This document shows, piece by piece, positions 26,968 to 36,575 of a stretch of DNA of 64,000 nucleotides. Positions within the stretch are counted from its first letter, which is position 1. Each line of letters begins with the position of its first letter. The DNA comes from Anaerolineae bacterium (GTDB lineage Bacteria; Chloroflexota; Anaerolineae; Aggregatilineales; Phototrophicaceae), in the NCBI GenBank assembly GCA_034420635.1, contig DAOULD010000136.1:14372-78371 (forward strand). Reading direction: 5' to 3'. Made by a program: the position numbers and the translations under genes. The notes beneath the pieces are model-generated. The model did not search any database. It worked only from the letters and a program-made list of their open reading frames with translations, and had not been told where the DNA came from.

Positions 26968-27747
26968 TCACCGCAGGGCTCGAATAAGGGACAGCGTGGC
27001 TGCAAGCGCGCGATCGCCGCCCTTTAGAGTTCCGTTCCACAGGCTGAAGAGAATGCCCACGGTGTCGCTTTTGGCCAGAATCTGCTGGAGTGAATTGATG
27101 CTTTCCTCCAACGAAGGTCCGTCTGGTTCGGGATAACTCATCGCGGGCATGTCTTCACAGTCGACGACATCGGTATCGAAGTGGATGTATAGCGGCTTTT
27201 GGGGCAGCGTGGCTTGATTGAGCGCGTCCAGGGTCTCGTAAATCGTCACTTGGCTTGCGCGCAGCATGATCTCTTCTTCGGGATCGAGATTGCGCACATC
27301 GCTAACAATCACATTGGATTCGGCGATGGGCTCGAGGTCGATGCCCCGCATGAGATGTTGATTGCCGCGCCCGACCAGCGCCGCCAGAGGCATGCCGCCA
27401 AGGAACCCGCTGGGCGTCGTTTCCGGCGTATTGAAGTCGCCATGCGAATCATACCAGAGGACGGCGGGCGCGCGTCTTTCCAGACCCTTGACCATGCCCA
27501 GGCAACTCGTGCAGTCGTTGGCGAATACGACCGGGACCTTGTCTGGAAAAGCCTTGATGGTATCCGCGAGCGCGCGATTGACAGCCACAACCGGGTCGTC
27601 AGAGGCTTGAAAATCGGGTTGAATGTCCACCCAATCCGCGTCCAATTCATCAGCGACGCCCGCCCCGCGCAGCGCTTGAACTTCAGTGCGATCGCGTCTC
27701 TTTTCGCCCAGATAGTAGGGCACGCCGATACAGATGTAATTCGACAT
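26968..27747 (-). CDS. Arginase/ureohydrolase-fold protein (atypical first metal motif)
   Basis: 259 aa. WYDSHGDFNTPETT matches the DAHxDxxxP motif and IHFDTDVVDCEDMP matches DxDxxDP. Where GGDHS is expected, the sequence reads ANDCTS. Confidence 0.6.
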   Translation of the reverse strand: MSNYICIGVPYYLGEKRRDRTEVQALRGAGVADELDADWVDIQPDFQASDDPVVAVNRALADTIKAFPDKVPVVFANDCTSCLGMVKGLERRAPAVLWYDSHGDFNTPETTPSGFLGGMPLAALVGRGNQHLMRGIDLEPIAESNVIVSDVRNLDPEEEIMLRASQVTIYETLDALNQATLPQKPLYIHFDTDVVDCEDMPAMSYPEPDGPSLEESINSLQQILAKSDTVGILFSLWNGTLKGGDRALAATLSLIRALR

Positions 27748-27757
27748 TGCACCGCTC

Positions 27758-28759
27758 CTATTGAATAATCAAGACTTGCCCAACATAAATGAGGTTGGGA
27801 TTTAGCAGGCCATTGGCAGCGGCAATATCCCACATGTCGCGCCCGTAGATGTTAGCGATGCTCGCCAGCGTCTCGCCGCGACGCACAACGTGACTCTGCG
27901 CATCAGTTGGCAGGTCGCGGGAGCCCCCGCTCAAGCCCGTCCCCAGCGGGAGTACGAAGATCTCGCCGGCGTACAAGCGACTTTCGCCCCGTAGATTGTT
28001 CAAGTCCATGAGGTCTTGCAAAGGCACGGCGTAGCGCTGCGCCAAGCCTTCGACCGTGTCGCCCGGCTGCACGACGCGTATGCGATATAGCAGTTTAGGA
28101 AAAGCCCGCAGAGGAGTCGGAACAACGGTTGGCGTAGACGCAGGAATCACAGCCGCAGCTTCGGGAGTCGCCGTATCGGCGGCTTGGTCCTCAAATGCTG
28201 GCGCCTTAAGAACCTGACCGGCGTAGATCAGATTCGGATTGGCGAGATTGTTGACCCTTGCCAGCGTCTGCCAATCCAATCCATAGCGCTGGGCTATCTG
28301 GTTTAGCGCTTCGCCCGGCTGAACGACATGACTGCCCTCGAAACCGTCCAGCGCGCCTTCCGGCAGATAAAGCGTTTGTCCTGGAATGAGGTGGTTCTCT
28401 TGTTGGATATTGTTGGCTGTCATCAAGTCAGCTACGGTGACGCCAAAACGGGCAGCGATCGATCGAATACTATCGTCCGGTTCCACTTGATGGCTGAGTA
28501 GTTGGATCTCTGGCGCGGGAATGCGCAGTATCTGCCCACGCGCAAGGAACTCTTCGTCGCTCAGATTGTTGCGTTCCAGCAGCGCCGCTACCGACACTTG
28601 AAAATATGCCGCGATTGATTCGAAACTGTCGCCCGTTTGCACCGTGTACCATTCATCGTCGGTTGACGCGCTGAAAACGCTCCAAAGCAGAACAGCGGTT
28701 GTTATCGCCACGTAACAGATCTTTCGAGGCAAAGCGCGCATGCCTATGTTCCTCTTCAA
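27758..28759 (-). CDS. Secreted or membrane-anchored protein with five LysM peptidoglycan-binding repeats
   Basis: 333 aa. An N-terminal hydrophobic anchor is followed by five ~44-aa LysM units, for example YTVQTGDSFESIAAYFQVSVAALLERNNL and HVVRRGETLASIANIYGRDMWDIAAANGL. No catalytic domain is recognisable. Confidence 0.85.
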   Translation of the reverse strand: MKRNIGMRALPRKICYVAITTAVLLWSVFSASTDDEWYTVQTGDSFESIAAYFQVSVAALLERNNLSDEEFLARGQILRIPAPEIQLLSHQVEPDDSIRSIAARFGVTVADLMTANNIQQENHLIPGQTLYLPEGALDGFEGSHVVQPGEALNQIAQRYGLDWQTLARVNNLANPNLIYAGQVLKAPAFEDQAADTATPEAAAVIPASTPTVVPTPLRAFPKLLYRIRVVQPGDTVEGLAQRYAVPLQDLMDLNNLRGESRLYAGEIFVLPLGTGLSGGSRDLPTDAQSHVVRRGETLASIANIYGRDMWDIAAANGLLNPNLIYVGQVLIIQ

Positions 28760-28905
28760 CCGTATCCAACAAGCGAAATGAAATTTGAATTCGCCCGGTT
28801 GTGCGCAGCGTCGGCAACTAGAACATATTTGAGATTATAAACCCATGCTGCGATTCGCGCGCGGACCATACCCTGTAGAGCGGTGATCGCGCTGGCGCGT
28901 CGGGG

Positions 28906-29559
28906 TTAAAGCCCGCTCAAATGCGTGACAGGCAAGTTGAGCGCTTCCTTTAGGATCTGCCAGTGGAATGCCAGAAACTCTCGCAGCAGCGAATGAGGAT
29001 AGGAGTGCGGATGATGAATGCGCTCCGCGGGAACGGGACTGGCATATGTTTCGACGTCGCGCTGAGTAAAGAGCCAGCCGGCGCGCAGCATGTGATAACT
29101 GTCGCTGACCAGCACGGCGCTTGTCCAACCGCGTTCCGCCATTAGTCGGCTGCTGAAGAGGGCGTTTTCCTCGGTGCTGCGGCTTTTGTCTTCCAGCAGG
29201 ATCGCGGATGGCGGTAAACCATGATTTCGCTGGATTTCGCGGCAGGCATCGGCTTCGCTGCGCGGGAAAGACTCGGCTTGGCCGCCGGCGCAGATGACGG
29301 CTGGCGCGATGCCCTCGCGCCACAGATCAGCGGCTCGCAAGCTGCGTCGGGTTAGAGCCGGTCCTGGTCTGCCGTCACGGCGCAGGCCCGCGCCCAGCAC
29401 GATGATGACTTCAGCGGGGCGGGTATTGTCTTGCGTACCGGCGACGTGAATGGCAGTTATAAATGCGGCGAAGTAGATAATCGCGGCTAGCAGACAAAAC
29501 AGCATGATGCGCTTGAGAATTTGTCGACTTTTGGTCTTTTGATGAGACTTGTTTACCAT
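28906..29559 (-). CDS. DUF218 / YdcF (ElyC/SanA-like) family protein
   Basis: 217 aa. An N-terminal TM segment is followed by VIIVLGAGLRRDGRPGPALTRRSLRAADLW...VICAGGQ, typical of DUF218. Confidence 0.75.
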   Translation of the reverse strand: MVNKSHQKTKSRQILKRIMLFCLLAAIIYFAAFITAIHVAGTQDNTRPAEVIIVLGAGLRRDGRPGPALTRRSLRAADLWREGIAPAVICAGGQAESFPRSEADACREIQRNHGLPPSAILLEDKSRSTEENALFSSRLMAERGWTSAVLVSDSYHMLRAGWLFTQRDVETYASPVPAERIHHPHSYPHSLLREFLAFHWQILKEALNLPVTHLSGL

Positions 29560-29798
29560 GCGCAGATTTTTCTTTGTTTGTCAGCGCGAGCCCCAGGGGA
29601 CAGCTAAGGGTTGGTTGGCGAATATATCTTGCTGCGATTTGCCTTCGCGGTCGATCGGTGTCGGTTTGTGACGCTTCGTTGGCCTAAGTATAGGACAATG
29701 TGTCAGCAAGTGGACGCCTTAAAACAGATCGCTCCCCGTCGTGACGAGGAGCGGAAGAATAGCGGTTCAAAATCTCTCGAATTTTTCGGCGACAATCG

Positions 29799-32345
29799 TC
29801 AGCACTCGCTGTAGCCGCAAGTGAGGCATCTGCGGCAGTTCTCCGCCCGGATCAATGCGATCGTGCCGCATTCGGGGCAGATATCGGCGCCGGAGACGGC
29901 GCCGTTGGCGCCCAAATTGTCAGCGTCGCTTCCTGATGCCTCCTCTTCGTCCATGGGCAGGTCCAGTTGCAAGGGCTGATCTTCGGGGAAGAATTCCATC
30001 TGCAGGACCCGGGCCACGGCATCGGGCAGCGAAAGCACGCGCTTGGGACCAAAACCGATGGGGCGCGCTCCGCCGATATCTTGCAGTTGCTCGATGATCA
30101 GCCTGAGCATCTCGCGCCGGTTCTGTGGAGCGGTGGTACGCAACTGAAGCGAGATCATTCTGCCCAGGCTTTCGGCATCGGCCTGGATGTCCGTGCCCGC
30201 CTTGCCGATGGCGATGAATACCTCGAAGGGGTTGCCGCGGTCGTCGCGGTTGATGGTGATGTAGGCTTTGCCAAAGGGCGTTTGCGTCTTGACCGTCAAT
30301 CCCTGAAGACTATCCGGACGCGGATAGACGCGATGCGGCGTGGATGCCGGCTCGGCGTCGTCGCCGGATTCCGCTTTGGCTGAGGGCTTCAAGTCTTCCA
30401 TTTCGTTCTCTGCTCGTTCGTCGCCCTTGAGCATCAGCACCTGTTCGTCTCGGCTGCCATCGCGATAGATGGTGCCGCCCTTACAGCCCAGTTCATACAT
30501 TTTGCGATAGAGATCGCTGACCTGTTCGACGCTGTACTCATTGGGCACGTTGCAAGTCTTGCTGATGGCGCTGTCAATCCAGCGCTGGAAAGCGCCCTGC
30601 ACCTTGACGTGCTCTTCCGGCGAGAGGTCCATGGCGGTGACGAAATAGTCCGGCAACTCGTTGGCATCGGGATGCGCCTCGTACCAATCCTTGACAATCG
30701 GCACCTTTTCTTCGTGCAAGCCCAGGCGGCTCTTGCGATAGTAAACCCAGGAGAAAAACGGCTCCACGCCCGTTGAGGTATTGACCATGGTGCCAGTGGT
30801 GCCGGTTGGCGCTTGCGTGAGCAGGGTGACATTGCGGATGCCGTCGCGACGGATTTTCTGACGCAGATTCTCCGGCATGGCTTGCATATAGCCGCTTTCG
30901 ATGAACTTCTCGGCATCGAATTGGGCGAAGGCGCCTTTCTCCAGCGCCAAATCGCTCGATGTTTCATAGGCGGCGATGGCTATCGTCTTGTAGATTTGGT
31001 CGATCAATTCTACCGACTCGTCGCTGCCGTAACGCACGCCGAGCTTCAGCATCAATTCGGCGATGCCCATTGTTCCCAAGCCAACGCGCCGTTCAGCCAT
31101 TTGCACACGTTCGTTTTCTTCGAAGAAATAGGGCGTCGTGTCGATGACATTGTCCAGGAAGCGCGTCGAATACGCGACTGTCTTGCGCAAATCATCCCAG
31201 GCGACATCGCGATTGTTTTCGTCGTAGAAGCGCGACAAGTTGATCGCGCCCAGATTACAGACTGAAAAGGCGCCTAGCGGCTGTTCGCCACAGGGATTGG
31301 TCGAAATCAGCGGATTGAAATACCAACTGTTCGCCATCTTGTTGCTGCGCTCGTTAAACCAGATCCCTGGTTCCGCGCTGGCCCAGGCGCTCTCGACGAT
31401 GGCATGCCAGAGCTCGCGCGCTTTTACCGTTTTGTATTGAATGACCTTGCGCCCGGACGCGACCCAGGTGTTGAGGTCGCCGTCCCAAAACGCGTCGTAA
31501 TCGGGATCGCGCGTGTCCGGGAAAATCAGGGGCCAGTCGTCGTCCGCGGCAACGGCTTCCATCAAGCGGTCGGAGACACCGACGCTGATATTGGCGTTGG
31601 TGATCTGGCCCGCTTGACGTTTGCTGTTGATAAAGTTGAAGATATCGGGATGCCAGTCGTTGAGGATGAGCATCAGCGCGCCGCGCCGGCTGCCGCCTTG
31701 CTCAATAAGTCCGGTGACAAAGCTGTACAAAGCGCCCCAAGACACCGCGCCGCTGGAACGTCCGTTAACCCCTTTGACATAAGAATGGCGCGGACGCAAG
31801 GTCGACAAATTGATGCCGACGCCACCGCCTCGCGACATGATCTCGGTCATTTGGGTCAGCGTCGTCATGATCCCTTCGCGAGAATCATCAGGCGACGGAA
31901 TCACATAACAATTGTAATAAGTCAGATCTTGATCAGTGCCAGCCGCTGTGAGGATACGGCCGCCGGGCACGAACTTCCAGTCGTCCAGCAGCCAGCGGAA
32001 CTTCTCCGACCATTCATCCTGCTTGGCCGGGTTCGCTTCTGTCGCGGCGACGCCGCGCGCCACCCGGTCCATCATCTGCGCCGGCTCGGTCTCGGTCGGT
32101 TTGTCGACGTGTTCCAGGTCGCGCGCCACCACCTCGCCATCGAGCAGGGTGACAGTCACTTGCGGCAAGTTTATCTCGGTGACCGTACCAATCTCGCGCT
32201 GGCCGGTTTTGGCGTTGATGACCACAATCACCTTGTCGCCGATGCTCAGGGTACTGCGGGTCATATCTTTCTGCGCGTAACGATCCAGGAATATCTTGTA
32301 TCCAAGTTCGTGCAAGGCGCTTCGTGTGGCGTGAGTCTGGACCAT
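29799..32345 (-). CDS. nrdJ: Class II (adenosylcobalamin-dependent) ribonucleotide reductase
   Basis: 848 aa. Motifs: LDRYAQKD, the active-site region NPCGEQPL, and TGTTGTMVNTSTGVEPFF. The C-terminal Cys-rich tail is CPECG...CRRCLTCGYSEC. Confidence 0.9.
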   Translation of the reverse strand: MVQTHATRSALHELGYKIFLDRYAQKDMTRSTLSIGDKVIVVINAKTGQREIGTVTEINLPQVTVTLLDGEVVARDLEHVDKPTETEPAQMMDRVARGVAATEANPAKQDEWSEKFRWLLDDWKFVPGGRILTAAGTDQDLTYYNCYVIPSPDDSREGIMTTLTQMTEIMSRGGGVGINLSTLRPRHSYVKGVNGRSSGAVSWGALYSFVTGLIEQGGSRRGALMLILNDWHPDIFNFINSKRQAGQITNANISVGVSDRLMEAVAADDDWPLIFPDTRDPDYDAFWDGDLNTWVASGRKVIQYKTVKARELWHAIVESAWASAEPGIWFNERSNKMANSWYFNPLISTNPCGEQPLGAFSVCNLGAINLSRFYDENNRDVAWDDLRKTVAYSTRFLDNVIDTTPYFFEENERVQMAERRVGLGTMGIAELMLKLGVRYGSDESVELIDQIYKTIAIAAYETSSDLALEKGAFAQFDAEKFIESGYMQAMPENLRQKIRRDGIRNVTLLTQAPTGTTGTMVNTSTGVEPFFSWVYYRKSRLGLHEEKVPIVKDWYEAHPDANELPDYFVTAMDLSPEEHVKVQGAFQRWIDSAISKTCNVPNEYSVEQVSDLYRKMYELGCKGGTIYRDGSRDEQVLMLKGDERAENEMEDLKPSAKAESGDDAEPASTPHRVYPRPDSLQGLTVKTQTPFGKAYITINRDDRGNPFEVFIAIGKAGTDIQADAESLGRMISLQLRTTAPQNRREMLRLIIEQLQDIGGARPIGFGPKRVLSLPDAVARVLQMEFFPEDQPLQLDLPMDEEEASGSDADNLGANGAVSGADICPECGTIALIRAENCRRCLTCGYSEC

Positions 32346-32581
32346 GAGAAGGCTATCCTAAACAGAATCGTTCAAACCAGGGCATTTAGGATTTCATGAC
32401 TAGCGCGCCTCGTATCTCAGTCAATCGCTGGCGCAATGAAGACGTCAGAGGCGTTTTCGGAATGGACTACTTGTAGTGAAAAGGATTTCTCTTTTATAGC
32501 ATGGAAGGCATTGATTGTCGAACAGAAACGACAGAAAAATGAGTCGGATTTCTTGCAAATTGACGCGCATTTCGAGAAACC

Positions 32582-32695
32582 CTTGTAATATCAAACGACG
32601 CGGCTTTTGTTCGAAAAACACAACAGTATAGATGGAAGTATATCATGCAGGATCGAGTCGAAAAAAGTCTATTTTCTGTGACATGATATTACAAG
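32582..32695 (-). promoter_or_regulatory. Candidate operator or RNA helix in the nrdJ leader (12-bp inverted repeat)
   Basis: CTTGTAATATCA (32582-32593) and its exact reverse complement TGATATTACAAG (32684-32695) are separated by 90 nt. A third related copy, GTATATCA, lies at 32638-32645. The repeats sit 240-350 nt upstream of the nrdJ start. Confidence 0.3.
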
Positions 32696-32970
32696 ACTCG
32701 CCTTTGTAAAGGCGGCTAGTGAGGCGCGACAAGCGCTGTGCGCCAGAGCGTGCCCATGATGAAATGTTGGCGCAATCGGATTCCTGGGCGAGTCGCCATA
32801 AACAGATACAACACCCTCGGGGGCTGAGGAGAGGATATGTTTGAGGTAACGCGCTACGATAGCAACGGGTCAGCGACCGGCGTAGGTCAGTGTCTACGCG
32901 ACCTGACCGCTACAGGCGCCATTCATATTTGAAAACCTGTCATATCCTCAACTCTAAGACTATTGTCACC

Positions 32971-33001
32971 GAAATCAAAAAGTGGGCTATATTAGCCCAC
33001 T
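32971..33001 (-). terminator. Rho-independent terminator after ftsZ
   Basis: An 8-bp stem AGTGGGCT / AGCCCACT (32981-32988 and 32994-33001) with a 5-nt loop is followed on the minus strand by TTTTGATTT. It lies 27 nt downstream of the ftsZ stop. Confidence 0.6.
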
Positions 33002-33027
33002 CTTGTCTCGTTTTGGTTGTGGCGAAT

Positions 33028-34260
33028 CTATTCTCTGCGATTCCGCTTGCGCAAGAACGCTGGCAAATCGGTGTTTTTCGGATCGATATTATCGTAGGTG
33101 CGCGGATCTTCCTGCGGCGATGACGCGGGTCCCATCTGTTGGCGCTGGAAGGATGATCCGCCGCCACTGGACATCGACTCCCCAGGCGACGGCGCCTCGA
33201 TTTCAACATCCTCGTATATGGGGCGCTGCACCGGCGTTGGATGCGGCACCGGCGTCGGTTGGCGGATCGGCAGTGTGCCCGCTTCTTTCATGCTGGCCTC
33301 GAGCCGGCTCCGCTCAAACCCGGTCGCGATCACAGTGATGTGGACCTCATCGCCCATGCTTTCGTCAATATGGGCGCCAAAGATCAGGTTACATTCCGGA
33401 TGCGCACTGTCTTTGATAATGGCCGCCGCCTCGTTGACCTCGAATAGCGTCAGATCGCTGCCACCGGTGATCGAGAACAGAATACCTCGCGCGCCGTCGA
33501 TGGTGACGTCCAGCAAGCCGCTGGTGATCGCTTGTTCTGCGGCTGCGCGAGCCCGGTCGTCGCCGGCCGCGCGCCCTACCGCCATCAGCGCCGCGCCGCC
33601 TTCGGACATAATCGTGCGGACATCAGCAAAATCGAGATTGATCAAGCCGGGCACGGTGATCAACTCGGATATGCCCTGGATGCCTTGACGCAAAACATCA
33701 TCGGCTAGCGAGAAAGCCTGCTGCAGGGTGGAGCGCTTGTCCGCCATCTGCAAGAGGCGATCGTTCGGGATAACGATCAGGGTATCTACCTGGCTCTTCA
33801 AGCCTTCAATGCCCGTTTTGGCAAGCTGAGCGCGGCGCGTTCCTTCAAAGGTGAAGGGACGGGTCACGACGCCGATGGTCAAAGCGCCCAGCTCTTTGGC
33901 GATCTGCGCGATGACTGGCGAAGCCCCGGTGCCGGTGCCGCCGCCCATACCGCAGGCAACAAAGATCATATCGGAGCCGCGCAATACCTCGAGCAGGTCT
34001 TCCGAACTCTCTTCAGCCGCTTTTCGTCCGATCTCTGGATTGCCGCCGGCGCCCAGTCCGCGCGTCAATTTGTCCCCAATACGCACACGCGTTTTGGCTT
34101 TGGAAAGCATCAGAGCCTGGTTGTCCGTGTTGACCGCGATGAATTCGACGCCCCCAAGGCCCTCGTTGATCATGCGATTCACGGCGTTACCACCGCCACC
34201 GCCGACACCAACGACTTTTATCTGCGCGAAATTCTCACCCGTTATAAGATCGTTGACCAT
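33028..34260 (-). CDS. ftsZ: Cell division GTPase FtsZ
   Basis: 410 aa. Motifs: [15 protein letters not shown] and the tubulin signature [15 protein letters not shown], with a disordered Pro/Gly-rich C-terminal linker. Confidence 0.95.
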   Translation of the reverse strand: MVNDLITGENFAQIKVVGVGGGGGNAVNRMINEGLGGVEFIAVNTDNQALMLSKAKTRVRIGDKLTRGLGAGGNPEIGRKAAEESSEDLLEVLRGSDMIFVACGMGGGTGTGASPVIAQIAKELGALTIGVVTRPFTFEGTRRAQLAKTGIEGLKSQVDTLIVIPNDRLLQMADKRSTLQQAFSLADDVLRQGIQGISELITVPGLINLDFADVRTIMSEGGAALMAVGRAAGDDRARAAAEQAITSGLLDVTIDGARGILFSITGGSDLTLFEVNEAAAIIKDSAHPECNLIFGAHIDESMGDEVHITVIATGFERSRLEASMKEAGTLPIRQPTPVPHPTPVQRPIYEDVEIEAPSPGESMSSGGGSSFQRQQMGPASSPQEDPRTYDNIDPKNTDLPAFLRKRNRRE

Positions 34261-34393
34261 TGTGACTTTCCTTTGAAATCAACGCGTTTACGCAACGCAA
34301 ATGCCAGATTACTGTCCTTAATTGTACGCCCAATCATAACGGGCGCAAATCGAATTTGAAGCAAAAATTAAAATAAAAAACAACGATGTTTTC

Positions 34394-35629
34394 TTAGTCG
34401 TCCTGGGGCAAAAAACGACGCAAAAAGTCGTTCATTACTCGTCCCCAGCGCGACACCGGCAAGCCAACATTATCGTCGGTTTCCGGCTCCGTCACGCTGT
34501 CCATTTCCAAGCCCAGACGCAGCAAACCAACACTGGTGCTGTAGGACGGATTCTTGAGCGTGTCGGCGATACCCGTGATGTTCTCCGGTTGCGCCAAACG
34601 AACCGGTACGTTGAGTATGCGCGAGGCGAGTTCCCGGTAGCCCGGGAGTTGCGAACTGCCGCCGGTGATCACGGCGCCGGCTCGTAATAGACCGGCATAA
34701 CCGGAGCGTTTGATCTCTTTTTCAGCCAGATCAAAGATCTCTTCAAATCGCGCTTCGATTACCATTGCCAGGTCGCGGCGCTTCACCTGTAATATGTCGC
34801 CGCCGAAGGGCTCCACCGGGAAGACTTCGCTTTCTTCTACGGCATCCATATCCGCGTGGCCTCGCTGCATCTTCACTTGTTCCGCCAGTTCGAATGGCAC
34901 GCGCATCCAGTAAGTGATGTCTTGCGTCACGTGATTGCCGCCGACGGGAATGATGGCAGTATGCCAAACCGTGCCGTCAATGAAGATCGCGAGATCGGTA
35001 GTCCCGCCTCCAATGTCGATAATCACCGCGCCCATATCGCGTTCGTGGCTTGTCAGCACGGCATCGCCCGCCGCCAGCGGATTCAGGATGAAACGATCGA
35101 CCAAAACGCCTGCTGTTTCCACGGCGTCTTCCAGGTTGGCCAAGCTGGTGGTGGAAGCGGTAATGATATGCGCGTCAACCTCGAGCCGGAAGCAGTGCAT
35201 GCCGATTGGGCTGCGAATCCCTTCCTGGCCATCCAGCGTGTAACTGCGCGGAACCACGTGCAACACTTCGCGATTGTGCGGGATGGCGATTCCCCGCGCA
35301 ACCGCCATTGCTTTTTCAAGATCTTCCGCTTGTACGCTGCGCGGACCGACAATCGTGGTGATGCCGCGGCTGGTCAACGAGGAAATATGACTGCCCGCTA
35401 CGCTGACAAAAGCGCGGTTGATATCGTAGCCGCTCGACTTTTCCGCTTTGCGAATGGACTTGCCAATCGCCGCGGACAAGGCGTTAACATCGTTGACCAC
35501 GCCTTTTTTCATGCCGGCGCTCGGCTCAATACCCAATCCGACGACGTAGATATCCTCCGGGCGCACTTCGCCGACCAGCGTGCAGATCTTGTGTGTACCT
35601 ACATCAATTCCTACTACCAGATCACCCAT
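34394..35629 (-). CDS. ftsA: Cell division protein FtsA (actin-like ATPase)
   Basis: 411 aa. Motifs: VVGIDVGTHKICTLVGE, VIIDIGGGTTDLAIF, VITGGSSQLPG. Confidence 0.9.
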   Translation of the reverse strand: MGDLVVGIDVGTHKICTLVGEVRPEDIYVVGLGIEPSAGMKKGVVNDVNALSAAIGKSIRKAEKSSGYDINRAFVSVAGSHISSLTSRGITTIVGPRSVQAEDLEKAMAVARGIAIPHNREVLHVVPRSYTLDGQEGIRSPIGMHCFRLEVDAHIITASTTSLANLEDAVETAGVLVDRFILNPLAAGDAVLTSHERDMGAVIIDIGGGTTDLAIFIDGTVWHTAIIPVGGNHVTQDITYWMRVPFELAEQVKMQRGHADMDAVEESEVFPVEPFGGDILQVKRRDLAMVIEARFEEIFDLAEKEIKRSGYAGLLRAGAVITGGSSQLPGYRELASRILNVPVRLAQPENITGIADTLKNPSYSTSVGLLRLGLEMDSVTEPETDDNVGLPVSRWGRVMNDFLRRFLPQDD

Positions 35630-35635
35630 AAGGAT

Positions 35636-36478
35636 CTAACGCCCCCATAAAATCTTGTAAAAAGGCGCATCAGGATTCGCGATGTTCAATTCGGTAATCT
35701 CTATGCCTCGACTGTTCAGGTTGTTAACATACGCCTGATATTCGTTGATTTTCCTGCTCATGCCCGCGCTTGAATCTATCCCCATCCAAATCTGCCAACC
35801 TTGATCGTTGGTCCAACCCAGTCCATTGACCGGGTCGTAGTCGAGATCGGTACCGGGCGGCAGGAACTCCTGCAAGCGCAACGCGCCGAGTACGACATCC
35901 TTGTCCAGCCTCTTGAGATCCGTCAGCGTCGCGGACGGACCCTTGAATGCGTCGACCGCCACGTTGACTCGTATCACGTCAGGCATAGCGGCGCGCGCGG
36001 GCATAATTCGTCCTTGTATATCAATCCAGGTTTCATTTCCCGCTTCCGACCAGACGATGGCGGGTTGACGCTCTTGCACCAACATCGTAATCAGGTTTGG
36101 GGGCCAACCTAGCTCCACAGTCACATCGGCAATGGACGAAGAGCGCAGCACGTTGCGACGAATCTCTTCGGGATCCAGCCAAAACATGTGAAAATCGGCG
36201 ATGCTGGAAAAGGCGAAGACCTCCTCGCGCGCCAAAAAATCGTTGCCTCGAACCTGCACAGAACGCACATAAAACAAGTCACTGGAAAAGAACAACACCA
36301 AGACGACGCCAAACATCAGGAAAAGGACGCCACTCGTGATGCGCCAGCGCAAATGCGTCTGCGCTCGTTCGTTGCGTATCGCGGTCTGTCGTTCTGGCTT
36401 GGCGCCCGGTGACGCGCGATGAAGCACTCCTGGCCTGCGATCGGGCTGCCGTTTGCGAATCTGAACGTGACTGACCAC
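35636..36478 (-). CDS. ftsQ: Cell division protein FtsQ/DivIB-like (POTRA)
   Basis: 280 aa. A basic N-terminus and a single TM segment are followed by a POTRA-like FYVRSVQVRGNDFLAREEV. Its position between murB and ftsA also supports the call. Confidence 0.7.
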   Translation of the reverse strand: MVSHVQIRKRQPDRRPGVLHRASPGAKPERQTAIRNERAQTHLRWRITSGVLFLMFGVVLVLFFSSDLFYVRSVQVRGNDFLAREEVFAFSSIADFHMFWLDPEEIRRNVLRSSSIADVTVELGWPPNLITMLVQERQPAIVWSEAGNETWIDIQGRIMPARAAMPDVIRVNVAVDAFKGPSATLTDLKRLDKDVVLGALRLQEFLPPGTDLDYDPVNGLGWTNDQGWQIWMGIDSSAGMSRKINEYQAYVNNLNSRGIEITELNIANPDAPFYKILWGR

Positions 36479-36575
36479 CGACGATCTTCCGGGTATGCTT
36501 GAATCTCATCGCGACTTGGCTCGCATTTAGTTTACTATTGCTCGAAATACGGCGCAATCAAAGAGGCGGGCAATA

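Noticed and set aside
32346-32970. A cobalamin riboswitch or canonical NrdR boxes upstream of the B12-dependent RNR.
   Set aside because: I found no B12-box-like sequence (AGYCMGGnGACCkGCC, or the GCCACTG core) on the minus strand. The AT-rich palindromic candidates match the acaCwAtATaTwGtgt NrdR consensus at only about half of the positions. They are reported only as an unexplained inverted repeat.
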